The translations under genes were made by a program, and so were the position numbers. The notes under the pieces were generated by a model. That model searched no databases and was not told where the DNA came from. It saw nothing but the letters and a program-made list of their open reading frames with translations. From an uncultured virus (IMG/VR IMGVR_UViG_3300029925_000021) (Duplodnaviria; Heunggongvirae; Uroviricota; Caudoviricetes): a stretch of DNA of 64,000 bases. The stretch spans positions 1 through 64,000 of IMG/VR virus record IMGVR_UViG_3300029925_000021; one strand, written 5' to 3'. Shown here one piece after another: positions 42,435 through 53,013 of the stretch (positions are counted from its first letter, which is position 1; each line of letters begins with the position of its first letter).

Positions 42435-43476
42435 AGAAGAACCTAAAAAGGTACTGACGATAGAAGACAAGTTGAAGAAGAAGTTTGGAGATCAAGCATT
42501 TACTACTGGTCGTTACATTACCGAAGCAAAGAAAGTTATAGTGCCAGTTAGTCCCGTTATAGATTGTATGCTCGGTGGAGGAATTCCATTCGGGTCTTTT
42601 GTGATACCTACTGGCCCTCCCAAGGTCGGTAAGACCGTTACGGCACTAGATATGGCTGCTACTGCCCTGAAAATACCTTCCGAATTTGAAAACAAGCGTC
42701 ACCTATACTTCTTCAATATAGAAGGTAGGCTTAACGCTAGAGACCTAGCTGGTATCCACCACATGATACCACATATAGACGAAGATGTTACTGTTATAGG
42801 ATCGTATCCTGGTAAAATCTATACCGCAGAAGACTATTTAGACATAGGTGAACAACTTATTAATGAGAAGCCTGGATGCATCTTTATATTTGACTCCTTC
42901 TCTCAGCTATGTAGCAAATCTGGCAGAGCAAACGAATGGGACGGAAAAGCTTATCGAGACGATGTACCTAAAATGTTATCGCAGTTCTGCAAGAGAATCT
43001 CTAACGTCATACCTATCAACAAGTCTATAGTAGTAGGAATTACACACCAGATAGCAAACACTGGCTTCGGATTTTCGGCATGGGCAGAAGCGTCTGGCAC
43101 AAAGATTCAATATCAGGTAGACGTAAAACTAAAAGCATGGAGTAACGACTGGAAGGACGGAGAGACTGATACTGTTATAGGTAAGAATATCGAATGGCAG
43201 TGTCTATGTTCTCCGCTACTGAACGGTCCTAATGTGCCAAAGTGTACGTCTAAGTTTAGATACGGGTACGGACTAGACAAGCCTTTAGAATTAGTGAATA
43301 TGGCTATAGATTTAGGTATTATTCGTAAGGCTGGGTCTTGGTATTATTTTCCAGACGAAAGCAAGGTGCAAGGAATCGAATCCGCGAGACCAAGACTAAT
43401 GGAAGATGACGTACTGTATCAAACTGTCAATGAGAAATACCGTGACATGATGGGACTGCCTAGTGTTAGTATATGA
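42400..43476 (+). CDS. RecA/UvsX-like recombinase
   Basis: LGGGIP.G; Walker A GPPKVGKT; Walker B IFDS; G..IQY; I.KAGSWY; start ATG 42400. Confidence 0.9.
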   Translation: MAKKTAKKKETKEEPKKVLTIEDKLKKKFGDQAFTTGRYITEAKKVIVPVSPVIDCMLGGGIPFGSFVIPTGPPKVGKTVTALDMAATALKIPSEFENKRHLYFFNIEGRLNARDLAGIHHMIPHIDEDVTVIGSYPGKIYTAEDYLDIGEQLINEKPGCIFIFDSFSQLCSKSGRANEWDGKAYRDDVPKMLSQFCKRISNVIPINKSIVVGITHQIANTGFGFSAWAEASGTKIQYQVDVKLKAWSNDWKDGETDTVIGKNIEWQCLCSPLLNGPNVPKCTSKFRYGYGLDKPLELVNMAIDLGIIRKAGSWYYFPDESKVQGIESARPRLMEDDVLYQTVNEKYRDMMGLPSVSI

Positions 43477-43858
43477 TCTAGAAAATAATGAAACCAAGTG
43501 GCAGATGGCAGGCAAGGAAGTTACACTCGATACTAGACCGCGATCAGCGTTGCATGTAAAGGCACGAGGTCTAATAAAAGAGAGGTTCCCTACACTCCTA
43601 GTATTAGAAGAAGTACCTATAAAAACACATAGGACTAAAACCCTGTACCTGGACTTCTATCTACCACTGAGAAAATTAGTGGTGGAGGTCCACGGCCAGC
43701 AACATTATAAGTATAGTAGTCAGTTCCATTCCACGGCACTGGAGTTTTTGAAGCAACAGAAAAATGACGAAGAAAAGATACTGTGGTGTGAGATTAACGG
43801 CATAGAAATTTTAGTACTACCTTACGATACGCAGAAAGATTGGAAAGAACAGTTATGA
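43463..43858 (+). CDS. PD-(D/E)XK (Vsr/DUF559-like) endonuclease
   Basis: LDFYLP...VEVHG.QHY...D..K..WC..NGI. Confidence 0.8.
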   Translation: MLVYDLENNETKWQMAGKEVTLDTRPRSALHVKARGLIKERFPTLLVLEEVPIKTHRTKTLYLDFYLPLRKLVVEVHGQQHYKYSSQFHSTALEFLKQQKNDEEKILWCEINGIEILVLPYDTQKDWKEQL

Positions 43859-44343
43859 GTATAACACAAAAAGATAAGTTAAAGATGCGTAACCAAGTGT
43901 TGGACGACTACGAAGGTAAGGTAGGTCTCCCAGAGAACAATGCTCCAGGAGACAACGCTGAGTTGCAGGAATATTTAAGTATGGATAGACAGGTGATAGA
44001 AGCTATGAGTCCTAACAGGGCTATATCTATTTCTATTAGACTATCTCAGTATCAGTTTTATCTACAGAGATGTCTCAATAGGGAGAAGGCTATTAAAACT
44101 TGGTCAGAATCTGAGTTAAATTCTATAGCCGCCGTGAGTATATCTCAGTATGATAAGTTCCTCAAACATGACATGAAAATGGCTTTGATAGCAAAAGATA
44201 ACTCAGCAGCTAAAGAGCTATACAAGATGCTTGCGTATGCTACCCAGAGAATAGACAGACTGTCTGAACTATCTAGTGGTATTAAGAATCTGTCATACGT
44301 GATCTCTCTCATATATAAACACAAGCTAGGAGAAGCTTCATGA
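43855..44343 (+). CDS. helical protein, possible UvsY-like recombination mediator
   Basis: All-helical composition and position near the recA-like gene; function is inferred. Confidence 0.45.
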   Translation: MSITQKDKLKMRNQVLDDYEGKVGLPENNAPGDNAELQEYLSMDRQVIEAMSPNRAISISIRLSQYQFYLQRCLNREKAIKTWSESELNSIAAVSISQYDKFLKHDMKMALIAKDNSAAKELYKMLAYATQRIDRLSELSSGIKNLSYVISLIYKHKLGEAS

Positions 44344-45059
44344 CGCAGAAGAAAATAATACAAGACCTATCACAATTGTCCGATGAAGAACGGGCCAAGA
44401 TAGAGAGCATGATCGGCTCGATGCTGGAAGAAAAACCTAAGAAAAATAAAGGTCCGAAGAAAAAAAGTAAGGGTCCGCAGCAGCAAAAACAGCAAAATAA
44501 GTCAAGGAAGAAAAGAAAAAAGTACAAGAAGGTTGACAATCCTGATAATGAGGTGATAATTGAACAGGAGGTTGGTCGCTCAGGACCACGAAAGAAAATT
44601 CAACTACCGAACGAGCCAGAGCAAAGTAAAGGTTCCGCTGGAGTCGGCAGGACAGCACCGAGAAATCCCGAAAACCAAATAACAGAGTCTCCAAGACGAG
44701 GAGGTAGTAGTAGAAGACGAGGAAGTCCAGTACAAATGGGAAGAGGGAAGGGAAACATTCAGGCAGTAGGTCAGAAGGTAGTACTAACTGGCGAAAACAA
44801 GTTTGAGAAGATGAGAGATAGGAACAGTTGTAAGAGCGACACTAAGATAGATAAAAAACTATGGACAGATAGAGAAGCTTTACAAAGACCAGATGACTTT
44901 AAGTTTGTAGAGGTACAATGCACTGGACCGTTTCGAGACGACGGTGTAATTGATGGTTGTGGACTATGGTTTGACGTAAACCCTGCGTTACTATTAAGAG
45001 ATGAAGAGACGGGTAATATTACATACACTTGCAACAATTGTACGAGATCAGGAAGATAG
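44340..45059 (+). CDS. basic, disordered protein with C-terminal Zn ribbon
   Basis: K/R-rich; C...C...CNNC. Confidence 0.7.
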   Translation: MTQKKIIQDLSQLSDEERAKIESMIGSMLEEKPKKNKGPKKKSKGPQQQKQQNKSRKKRKKYKKVDNPDNEVIIEQEVGRSGPRKKIQLPNEPEQSKGSAGVGRTAPRNPENQITESPRRGGSSRRRGSPVQMGRGKGNIQAVGQKVVLTGENKFEKMRDRNSCKSDTKIDKKLWTDREALQRPDDFKFVEVQCTGPFRDDGVIDGCGLWFDVNPALLLRDEETGNITYTCNNCTRSGR

Positions 45060-45065
45060 AGATAA

Positions 45066-46532
45066 ATGGCAGTAACATACGACGTAGCGGCTGAAAGAGC
45101 TGTGCTGGCTGGAATATGTCAACATGGCGCAGACATGTTTTTGGACATAACAGATTTGGTAAAGGTAAATACATTTTTTGGTGATTCTAATAAGATTATC
45201 TTTAAGTGTTTAGAGCATATATGTAAAGCAGATAGTTCGGCAGTAGTTGATCTACCGTCTATATTATCTGCGGCATCTGAGCTAAGCCTTAATCATATAT
45301 TTGAGAGGAAAGAGGAAGGTAAGCATCTTAATAGTATTCTACAGTTAAGAGTAGAGCAGACTAACGTTAGAAAGTTCTCTGCCAAACTTAGACGCTTGGA
45401 GATTGCTAGACTGATCCACAATCAGGGAGGACTTCTACAAGAAAGAATGTCCGACATAGATGGTTCGGAACCTATCGCTCAGCTTATAGGTATAGCAGAA
45501 AATACTATCTTTGATTTTACCTCACTGTTCGAGGGAGAGACCGAGCTAAAGCCGAAGAAGATTAGCGATGGCATTAGAGAGTACATACAATACTTAGAAG
45601 ATAATCCTTGCACTACTATTGGCATACCTACTGGCTTTCCATCCTTCGATGAAAGCATTGGAGGTGGAGTAAACCCAGGCGTTACGATGCTAGGAGCTAG
45701 ACCTAAAGTAGGCAAAACTACTCTGTCTATGAACATGGCTAAGAACATTGCTCGCAACGGTATCCCAGTTCTATACCTCGATACGGAAATGATCGAGAAG
45801 GGTAGATACCGAGATATCTCAGACAAGCTCACCGCTATGATAGCGGACGTAGACATTAAGACTGTAAAGATGGGGCAGTTCAAGGAGGACGAAGCGGAAA
45901 GGGCTCGTGTGTGGGAGGCTGTTGACGAGATTGAGAAGCTTCCTATCTACCGCATGGACATTGCGGGTAAATCTTTTGAGGATCAGTTGTATGTTATGAG
46001 ACGATGGGTACAGAACACGGTCGGACTCAACGCTGATGGTACTGCAAAGGACTGCGTTATTCTATATGACTACTTAAAGGTTCAGGACACTAGCGGGATT
46101 ACTGAGTCTATCAAGGAGTATCAGGTTCTGGGTTGTATGATGACTGCACTACAGAACTTCGGTATTAGATATGCGGTTCCTATTATAGCTTTCACTCAGC
46201 TAAACAAAGATGGCATTGACAGTGAGACCTCGGCTGTTGTGTCAGGATCGGACAGGCTGTCATGGTTCTGTATCAGTTTCAGTATCTTCAAGTATAAGTC
46301 TAATGAAGAGATAGCAGAGGATGGAACGAACAAGGGCAATAGAAAGATTGTTACTGTGATGTCACGGTACGGTCCAGGACATGACTTTGGAGAGTACGTA
46401 CATGCTTACATGAATAAATATCGTGCTCAGATAGACGAGGTTGACCTTAAAAATCTAAGCGTGGGAGATGATTTCATATTCGATAATGACGGTGAAGACG
46501 GAGAGATGGTAGACGAGATACCTTTTGACTAG
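45066..46532 (+). CDS. dnaB: replicative DNA helicase
   Basis: AERAVL; GIPTGF; ARPKVGKT; DTEM; DYL; QLN; SGSD. Confidence 0.92.
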   Translation: MAVTYDVAAERAVLAGICQHGADMFLDITDLVKVNTFFGDSNKIIFKCLEHICKADSSAVVDLPSILSAASELSLNHIFERKEEGKHLNSILQLRVEQTNVRKFSAKLRRLEIARLIHNQGGLLQERMSDIDGSEPIAQLIGIAENTIFDFTSLFEGETELKPKKISDGIREYIQYLEDNPCTTIGIPTGFPSFDESIGGGVNPGVTMLGARPKVGKTTLSMNMAKNIARNGIPVLYLDTEMIEKGRYRDISDKLTAMIADVDIKTVKMGQFKEDEAERARVWEAVDEIEKLPIYRMDIAGKSFEDQLYVMRRWVQNTVGLNADGTAKDCVILYDYLKVQDTSGITESIKEYQVLGCMMTALQNFGIRYAVPIIAFTQLNKDGIDSETSAVVSGSDRLSWFCISFSIFKYKSNEEIAEDGTNKGNRKIVTVMSRYGPGHDFGEYVHAYMNKYRAQIDEVDLKNLSVGDDFIFDNDGEDGEMVDEIPFD

Positions 46533-46553
46533 TACGTAAATTGGGAAGAGATA

Positions 46554-47732
46554 ATGAAGACTAAAGTAAAGATACATGACAAGATGGACCTGCGTATCCT
46601 GGAGAAGGCAGCAGGACACAAGTTAGAATCCCTGTTAGAGACTCTAGGAGTAGAGGGTCTCAGTCGTCGTAGTAGATTCTACGTGGGTAAATGCCCTATA
46701 CATGGAGATGCAGACAACGGTACGGCTTTCAACATCTTTCATACTGGTCACGAAACCATTGGTAACTGGAGATGCTTTACTCACTCATGTCACAAGCACT
46801 TCCAACCTAATATTATAGGATTCGTTAGAGGGTATATATCCAGGAATAAATACGGATGGACAGACCCTAAAGACGTTGATAAAGAATGTAGTTTTGCAGA
46901 CGCTATATCGTTCTTAATGAAGTTCGTAGGAGGTCAGGACTTATCGGAGATTAAGATTGACTACCAACAGATAGAACAAGGTAGGTTTGTCAACAGCATG
47001 ACCAGTACTTACGCTAGAGAAGAACCAGCGCGTAATCTAAATATCTCTAGACGCACAGTCAGAGACGGACTAAGTATACCAGCGGAGTATTATGTTAGTA
47101 GACACTATACTGCCGAGATATTAGAAAAGTATGACGTTGGACTATGTACGGAGATGGGTAAGCAGATGTTTATGAGAGCGGTAGTTCCCATTTACGACGA
47201 TGACCATAAGAACGTTGTAGGATGTAGTGGTAGAGCAATCTTTGATATGTGTCCTATCTGTAATTCATATCACAATCCAACTCACCAGTGTCCCGACGAT
47301 AAGAACAAGTGGAAGTTCTGCAAGTGGAGACACAACTACGGATTTAAGGGAGAGAACTATCTCTATAACTACTGGTATGCCAAGGACTACATCCGTAAAT
47401 CTAAGGTTGCAATAATCGTAGAGAGTCCTGGAAATGTCTGGAGACTGGAGGAAGCTGGCATCCACAACTCAATTGCGACGTTCGGAGCGCATTTAACTGA
47501 CGGTCAGCGATATATTTTGGATAAATCTGGCGCTTTAGCACTTATTGTGTTGACAGACCCCGACCACGCGGGTAGATTAGCACTAGAGAACATTCGTGAG
47601 TCGTGCGGCTCCATATATTCCATCCACAGTCCCGTGATTAGCGACTCTGATATCGGAGAAGCCACGGTTACTTTATTACACAACAAATTAGTACCAATAA
47701 TAAACAAAATAGAAAGTGGATTAGCATTATGA
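46554..47732 (+). CDS. dnaG: DNA primase
   Basis: CPIH...CFTHSC Zn finger; SGR; LYN; TOPRIM VES...DPDHAG. Confidence 0.88.
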   Translation: MKTKVKIHDKMDLRILEKAAGHKLESLLETLGVEGLSRRSRFYVGKCPIHGDADNGTAFNIFHTGHETIGNWRCFTHSCHKHFQPNIIGFVRGYISRNKYGWTDPKDVDKECSFADAISFLMKFVGGQDLSEIKIDYQQIEQGRFVNSMTSTYAREEPARNLNISRRTVRDGLSIPAEYYVSRHYTAEILEKYDVGLCTEMGKQMFMRAVVPIYDDDHKNVVGCSGRAIFDMCPICNSYHNPTHQCPDDKNKWKFCKWRHNYGFKGENYLYNYWYAKDYIRKSKVAIIVESPGNVWRLEEAGIHNSIATFGAHLTDGQRYILDKSGALALIVLTDPDHAGRLALENIRESCGSIYSIHSPVISDSDIGEATVTLLHNKLVPIINKIESGLAL

Positions 47733-48619
47733 CAAATATTATAGCCTTTAGCGGTAGAAAGCAAAGTGGTAAGAATACCGTATTCAACTTCCTTCTTGGA
47801 CTAGAGCTACTTAAACTAGGAGTAGTTAGAAAAGCCGTAGAGGTTAGACCAGAAGGATTATTCATTAGCGACGTATTGGGTAACGCTGATTACGAAGGTC
47901 TCTTCGATATAGATCGTAACAACGACACAACACGACAGTTTAATGAAGAATTTATCTATCCGTTCATCAGGAACTATAGCTTCGCGGACTGTCTCAAGAC
48001 CGACGTATGTATCAATCTTCTAGGACTAACTCACGATCAATGCTACGGTACGGACGAGCAAAAGAATAGTATCACGCATCTTATGTGGGAAGATATGCCT
48101 GGAGTATTACCACAGGCTCCACCCAAAATGAAACAGGCTCAGATACCATTCTGGGGCAGAATGGGTAAGTACTATGACACGTATATGGTAGAAGGTAAAT
48201 ATTTCATAGTGCATGAGCCAGGACCGATGACCGCTAGGGAAGTAATGCAGTATGTTGGTACTGACCTATTCCGCAGGATGTATGACAAGGTATGGTCCGC
48301 TGGAACAATCAATCGCATCAAAGACTACGCTACTAAACTGGCTATTATTACAGACTGTAGATTCGTCAACGAGGTAAAAGCTACTCAGGAAGCTGGAGGC
48401 AAAGTCATACGATTCACTCGTAATGGCGACGATGCAGACGCACATGAAAGCGAGAGAGCATTAGACCGCGATAGATTCGATTGGAACAAGTTTGATGCCG
48501 TGGTAGATAATGCGGAAATGACCATCTCGGAACAGAACGAAGCAACCTACAAGGTTCTTGAGGGATGGGGATACGTAGATCAGATAGGTAACGCAAGCCT
48601 TACGGAGGCAGTGTCTTAA
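47729..48619 (+). CDS. deoxynucleoside monophosphate kinase
   Basis: SGRKQSGKNT; SFAD.LK; REVMQYVGTD; TDCRF.NE; HESE. Confidence 0.88.
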   Translation: MTNIIAFSGRKQSGKNTVFNFLLGLELLKLGVVRKAVEVRPEGLFISDVLGNADYEGLFDIDRNNDTTRQFNEEFIYPFIRNYSFADCLKTDVCINLLGLTHDQCYGTDEQKNSITHLMWEDMPGVLPQAPPKMKQAQIPFWGRMGKYYDTYMVEGKYFIVHEPGPMTAREVMQYVGTDLFRRMYDKVWSAGTINRIKDYATKLAIITDCRFVNEVKATQEAGGKVIRFTRNGDDADAHESERALDRDRFDWNKFDAVVDNAEMTISEQNEATYKVLEGWGYVDQIGNASLTEAVS

Positions 48620-49668
48620 TGTCAATTATTACATACCTAAGAAGTAGCTCGTATGGTTGTCACGATATGTGTCCCATGAAATACTACCTGGAATACAACC
48701 TTGGGCATAAGGGTCCACCAAACATTAAGGCAGAAAAGGGTACTATCGTTCATAAGGTACTAGAGGTATTAGCCGATGTAAAGCTACATGGACAGAACGG
48801 ACGTAAGAGATTTGATGACGAGATCGCTGGTAGAATTAACCTAGCTAACTACGACATAGATAAGATCGTTGACAAGTGCTATGACTACTATTCTTCTCAC
48901 TCCGTCAATACATGGAAGCCTCTTGACAGGAAGCATTGTCGAGCATGGACCTACAAGGCTCTTGAGTATAACAAGGGAGAGCACGATCCGCGAAATTCAG
49001 ATATCGTAAAAGCGGAACAAGCGTTCGACATAGAGATCACTAAACCGTGGGCTATGTATGATTACGAACTACCCGATGGAGAACGTCTCAAAGGTTTCTT
49101 ATCCATCAAGGGAACAATAGATCAAGTGTCCCGCATAAATAAGAACACCTACCAGATACTAGACTGGAAGACTGGCAAACGTATCAACTGGGCTACTGGA
49201 GAAGAAAAGGATTACGCGGCACTTACTAAGGATCATCAGTTAATGATGTATTACTATGCTGCCACACACATTTATCCAGAGATAGACAACATACAGTTAG
49301 TGATCTACTTCATCAATGATGGTGGTCCGTTTACTATATGCTTCTCTAAGGAAGACATTCCTCGTATCGAAGATATGTTACGTCGTAAATTTGAAGCGAT
49401 TAAGAACACGGCGGCTCCAGCGTTAAAGAAAACGTGGAAGTGTACTAAGTTCTGTCACTTCGGACGTACTAGTTTCGAGGGAACTTCTGTACTACCAATA
49501 ATAGAAAAGAGATATGGACAGCCTAGTAAGATAGGAGAACCTATGACAAAGTGTGAACAAGTTAAGTTCTGTCTAGAGCATAGAAGTTCTGAGTTAGTCA
49601 TAGAAAATATGTCTGCTCCTGGTCATCATGTAGACTACTATCAGAAGCCTGGAGACGTAGAGAAATGA
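48619..49668 (+). CDS. RecB/Cas4-like PD-(D/E)XK exonuclease
   Basis: CP; G..VH..LE; GTID; DWKTG; QL..Y; CTKFC. Confidence 0.85.
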   Translation: MSIITYLRSSSYGCHDMCPMKYYLEYNLGHKGPPNIKAEKGTIVHKVLEVLADVKLHGQNGRKRFDDEIAGRINLANYDIDKIVDKCYDYYSSHSVNTWKPLDRKHCRAWTYKALEYNKGEHDPRNSDIVKAEQAFDIEITKPWAMYDYELPDGERLKGFLSIKGTIDQVSRINKNTYQILDWKTGKRINWATGEEKDYAALTKDHQLMMYYYAATHIYPEIDNIQLVIYFINDGGPFTICFSKEDIPRIEDMLRRKFEAIKNTAAPALKKTWKCTKFCHFGRTSFEGTSVLPIIEKRYGQPSKIGEPMTKCEQVKFCLEHRSSELVIENMSAPGHHVDYYQKPGDVEK

Positions 49669-50486
49669 GAGTATTGGTAACTGGAGGTACTGGATTCTTA
49701 GGTAGGGCATTGATACGGAGTTTGCCTTGTCCAGATGATTGTATTACGGTCGTCGCTCGTAACGAGGGTAAACTGACTGACTTACAGAATTGTCATCCTT
49801 GTATAAACATTGTTTGTGGAGACATAGCCGATCCCCACATAGCAGAAAAAGCCACTAGAAATATAGATAAGGTGTATCATCTAGCAGCTTTTAAGCATGT
49901 AGGATTAGCGGAAAAGGATACGTTTCAATGTATCAATACTAATATTATTGGAACCATGAACCTACTAGAGAAAGCTTGGGTCTCCAGCTTCGTATATATC
50001 AGTACAGATAAAGCAGCTAGTGTAACTGGAGTGTACGGAGCGTCTAAATTTATAACAGAACGTCTAGTGCAAGAATATCAGAGAATGAGACCTGCAAATA
50101 GATATACTATCGTTCGTTATGGAAACGTTTTGTATTCTACTGGGTCAATTCTACCAAAATGGAAAAAGGCTTTGCAAGCAGGAGAAGAGATAGTCATAAC
50201 TGATCCAGAAGCTACTAGATTCTTTTGGACCGTAGACGAAGCTATCAGGACTGTGTTTGATGCTGAAAGAATGTCACAAGATGCAAACGCTTGGTGTCCA
50301 TATATAAAAAGTATTAGCATGGGCAACTTACTTACAGCTATGCAAAACAAGTACGGCGAAGCAACAAGCATTAAGAAGATTGGACTCCAAGCTGGGGAAA
50401 ATCTTCATGAGAAAATGTTTACAGACGGACTAGACAGTAGTGAAGTAGAACAATATACTATAGAAGAAATAATGGAAAAGATATGA
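49665..50486 (+). CDS. PseB/CapD-like UDP-GlcNAc 4,6-dehydratase
   Basis: TGGTGFLG; HLAAFKHV; STDKA; YGASK; RYGNV; TRF; GENLHE. Confidence 0.9.
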   Translation: MRVLVTGGTGFLGRALIRSLPCPDDCITVVARNEGKLTDLQNCHPCINIVCGDIADPHIAEKATRNIDKVYHLAAFKHVGLAEKDTFQCINTNIIGTMNLLEKAWVSSFVYISTDKAASVTGVYGASKFITERLVQEYQRMRPANRYTIVRYGNVLYSTGSILPKWKKALQAGEEIVITDPEATRFFWTVDEAIRTVFDAERMSQDANAWCPYIKSISMGNLLTAMQNKYGEATSIKKIGLQAGENLHEKMFTDGLDSSEVEQYTIEEIMEKI

Positions 50487-52390
50487 CGTACTTCCCACTA
50501 CACGTACACTCGCACTTTAGTCTACAGGACGGACTTAGTACACCTGAGCAAATATCTACTCGCTGTGAGGAGATAGGAGTAGAAGGTTCTGCAATCACAG
50601 ACCACGGAACAATGTCTGGACATATCCAGTTCCTGTCAGAGATGAAGAAGTCAAAGGAAAAGTCGGCACAAAAAGCGTTGCTAGGATGCGAATTCTACGT
50701 ATGTAAGGAAGACGCAGAGATACAAACCGAGAGAAATAGAAAACTATCCGACCTGTGTATCATAGCACGTAACAAGGACGGATGGAGAGATATGGTCCAG
50801 ATGATGTCTAGGGCTAATGATAAGAATACCTTCTACCATAAGCCACGACTAGACCTCGACAGGATAGCAGAATTTACAACTAGCGGAAATGTAATGGCTT
50901 TCAGTGGTCATGTTGGATCTTGTATGGCCAACATACTATTCGATGAAGAGGGAGAGATCTCTAGTCAGTGGAGGATAGAAGGATGTCGTTTAGCTAGGTG
51001 GTTTGAAAACGCCTTTGGTAAGGACAACTTCTTTCTAGAGGTACAGTTGATAGACTCGGCCACTTTTCCCAGACATAAGATTATTGCAGAGTGTATTAGA
51101 GCCATCAGTAAAGACACGGGAATTCCATGTGTGGCAACACCGAACTCTCACTACGCCAGAAAAGAAGACGCTGTAGATCAACAGATTCTTATCTGCTCTA
51201 AGATGAACTCTACCTTGCAACAAGCAAGTAAGGCATCGTTTGGAGTTAACGGATTCTTTAGGTGTTCACAGTATCATATACCATCGTTCGTAGAGATGCA
51301 AGAGTTTCATACGGCGGAAGAGTTAGACAATACATTACTGTTTGCATCTAGAGTGGATGACTACAAGGGGATATTAAAGAGTCCTATCCTACCTAACTTT
51401 CCATGTCCTGACGGAATGAATGCCGACTCATATTTGAGGCACTTATGTAAAGAAGGGTGGCGTAATAAGGTTCAGGGAGTAGTCAATCCTGCGAAGTTTC
51501 AGGAGTATGGAGATAGAGTTAAGAGGGAGTTGGAAGTACTACAGGGAGCTGGACTTTCTAGTTACTTCCTTATTGTAGCAGACATCATTAATTTTATTCG
51601 TAGAAACAAATGGCTTGCAGGCCCAGGTAGAGGGTCTGCTGCTGGTAGTCTAGTATCCTACTTGATGGATATCACAGCTATTGATCCTATGCCTTTTGGA
51701 CTACTCTTTGAGAGGTTCTATAACGCTGGTAGAAATACAGCGGACCACATATCTATGCCTGATGTTGATATGGACGTGCCTAAGTATGCACGAGAGCATG
51801 TCCTCAAGTATATGAGAAAAAAGTACGGAGAAGATCATGTTGGGCAGATGGTAACATTCCAGACGATTAAGGGACGTGGAGCTTTAACAGACGTGCTTCG
51901 TGCTCACGGAGGTATATCCTTTCAAGAGATTAAGATGGTGACTAAGAATATCGTAGAAGAACATAAGATCACAGACGAACTCCAGAAGATGAAACAGGAC
52001 ACAGGAGAATCTTCTATCTTACAATGGTGTCTAGAACACACTCCAAAGAAGTTAGACCAGTGGTGTAGTATTGGCGATGACGGTAACCTCATCGGTCCTC
52101 TTGCTCAACGCTTTACTCAGGCAATGAGGCTAGAAGGGACAAAGACCGTACAGTCTAAGCATCCAGCGGGAGTAGTTATAGCACCAGAACCATTGGGCAA
52201 TATGTGTCCTATGATTTTCGATGTTGAAAGCGGTCAGAAAGCTGCGGCGTTTGAGATGGAAGACCTTGAAGCTGTAGGAGGTCTAAAGGTTGACGTACTA
52301 AGTATTACGTCACTAGACAAGGTCATGGGAGTTTGTCAAGGTTTAGAGTTTGGAGACATACATGAAATTTCAGGAACTATCTGTGAGTAG
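50483..52390 (+). CDS. dnaE: DNA polymerase III alpha, N-terminal part (PHP + palm)
   Basis: HVHSHFS; TDHG; GRGSAAGS; LLFERF; MPDVDMD; HPAGVVI; LKVDVLS. Confidence 0.92.
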   Translation: MTYFPLHVHSHFSLQDGLSTPEQISTRCEEIGVEGSAITDHGTMSGHIQFLSEMKKSKEKSAQKALLGCEFYVCKEDAEIQTERNRKLSDLCIIARNKDGWRDMVQMMSRANDKNTFYHKPRLDLDRIAEFTTSGNVMAFSGHVGSCMANILFDEEGEISSQWRIEGCRLARWFENAFGKDNFFLEVQLIDSATFPRHKIIAECIRAISKDTGIPCVATPNSHYARKEDAVDQQILICSKMNSTLQQASKASFGVNGFFRCSQYHIPSFVEMQEFHTAEELDNTLLFASRVDDYKGILKSPILPNFPCPDGMNADSYLRHLCKEGWRNKVQGVVNPAKFQEYGDRVKRELEVLQGAGLSSYFLIVADIINFIRRNKWLAGPGRGSAAGSLVSYLMDITAIDPMPFGLLFERFYNAGRNTADHISMPDVDMDVPKYAREHVLKYMRKKYGEDHVGQMVTFQTIKGRGALTDVLRAHGGISFQEIKMVTKNIVEEHKITDELQKMKQDTGESSILQWCLEHTPKKLDQWCSIGDDGNLIGPLAQRFTQAMRLEGTKTVQSKHPAGVVIAPEPLGNMCPMIFDVESGQKAAAFEMEDLEAVGGLKVDVLSITSLDKVMGVCQGLEFGDIHEISGTICE

Positions 52391-52550
52391 TCAGTTTTCA
52401 ATTGACACGTCTCCACATATTGTATTCACTAAGGTGCAGCACGTCAAGGGAACGTGTTGCAGTAAAGAATATAACGCTACATATAAGAACAGCGGTGGAA
52501 AGCGTAAGGTCATGCAGTTCGCAGCTAACAAAGAAGTACATATCATTTAA
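52362..52550 (+). CDS. small hypothetical protein
   Basis: GGAG RBS before ATG 52362. Confidence 0.65.
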   Translation: MKFQELSVSSQFSIDTSPHIVFTKVQHVKGTCCSKEYNATYKNSGGKRKVMQFAANKEVHII

Positions 52551-52573
52551 CTAATTTAATTCAGGAGTTTAAT

Positions 52574-53011
52574 ATGAGACTAGCAGGAGTCCAACCAGGA
52601 CAGAAATTTACCTACGATGGAGCGACCTATGCACATGATCTAGCAGGAAGATCGGGTGGAGGAAAAGTCGCAGTAGTCAACATAGACACAGGAGAATGTT
52701 CTATGCTACACGGACTTACCGAGGTTGATGTAGTAGTAGAAAGTGAAGTCGTTGTAGATGAAGACTTTAGCGTAACGGACAGGCAAGAGCCAGTTATGGT
52801 TACAAGCATCGGGTCGTTCGGTCCAGAGGAAGTGATGAACATGGAAAACATACCTTTTGAAAAAAGTCCAGCGAATCCTAACTCCTTAATTCTGGATGAC
52901 ACGATAGAAGGAGTGACAGAAATAACAGACGAAGAAGTACGTAAGGATTTCTTTAACAGAAGATATTCTCAAGCAATGGACCTAAACCCTAAAGAAGAGA
53001 AGGAAGAATAG
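52574..53011 (+). CDS. acidic hypothetical protein
   Basis: AGGAG RBS. Confidence 0.7.
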   Translation: MRLAGVQPGQKFTYDGATYAHDLAGRSGGGKVAVVNIDTGECSMLHGLTEVDVVVESEVVVDEDFSVTDRQEPVMVTSIGSFGPEEVMNMENIPFEKSPANPNSLILDDTIEGVTEITDEEVRKDFFNRRYSQAMDLNPKEEKEE

Positions 53012-53013
53012 AC

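Noticed and set aside
48619..49668. Cas4 as evidence of a CRISPR-Cas system
   Set aside because: Stand-alone RecB/Cas4-like nucleases are common in phage replication modules; no cas1, cas2 or array is present
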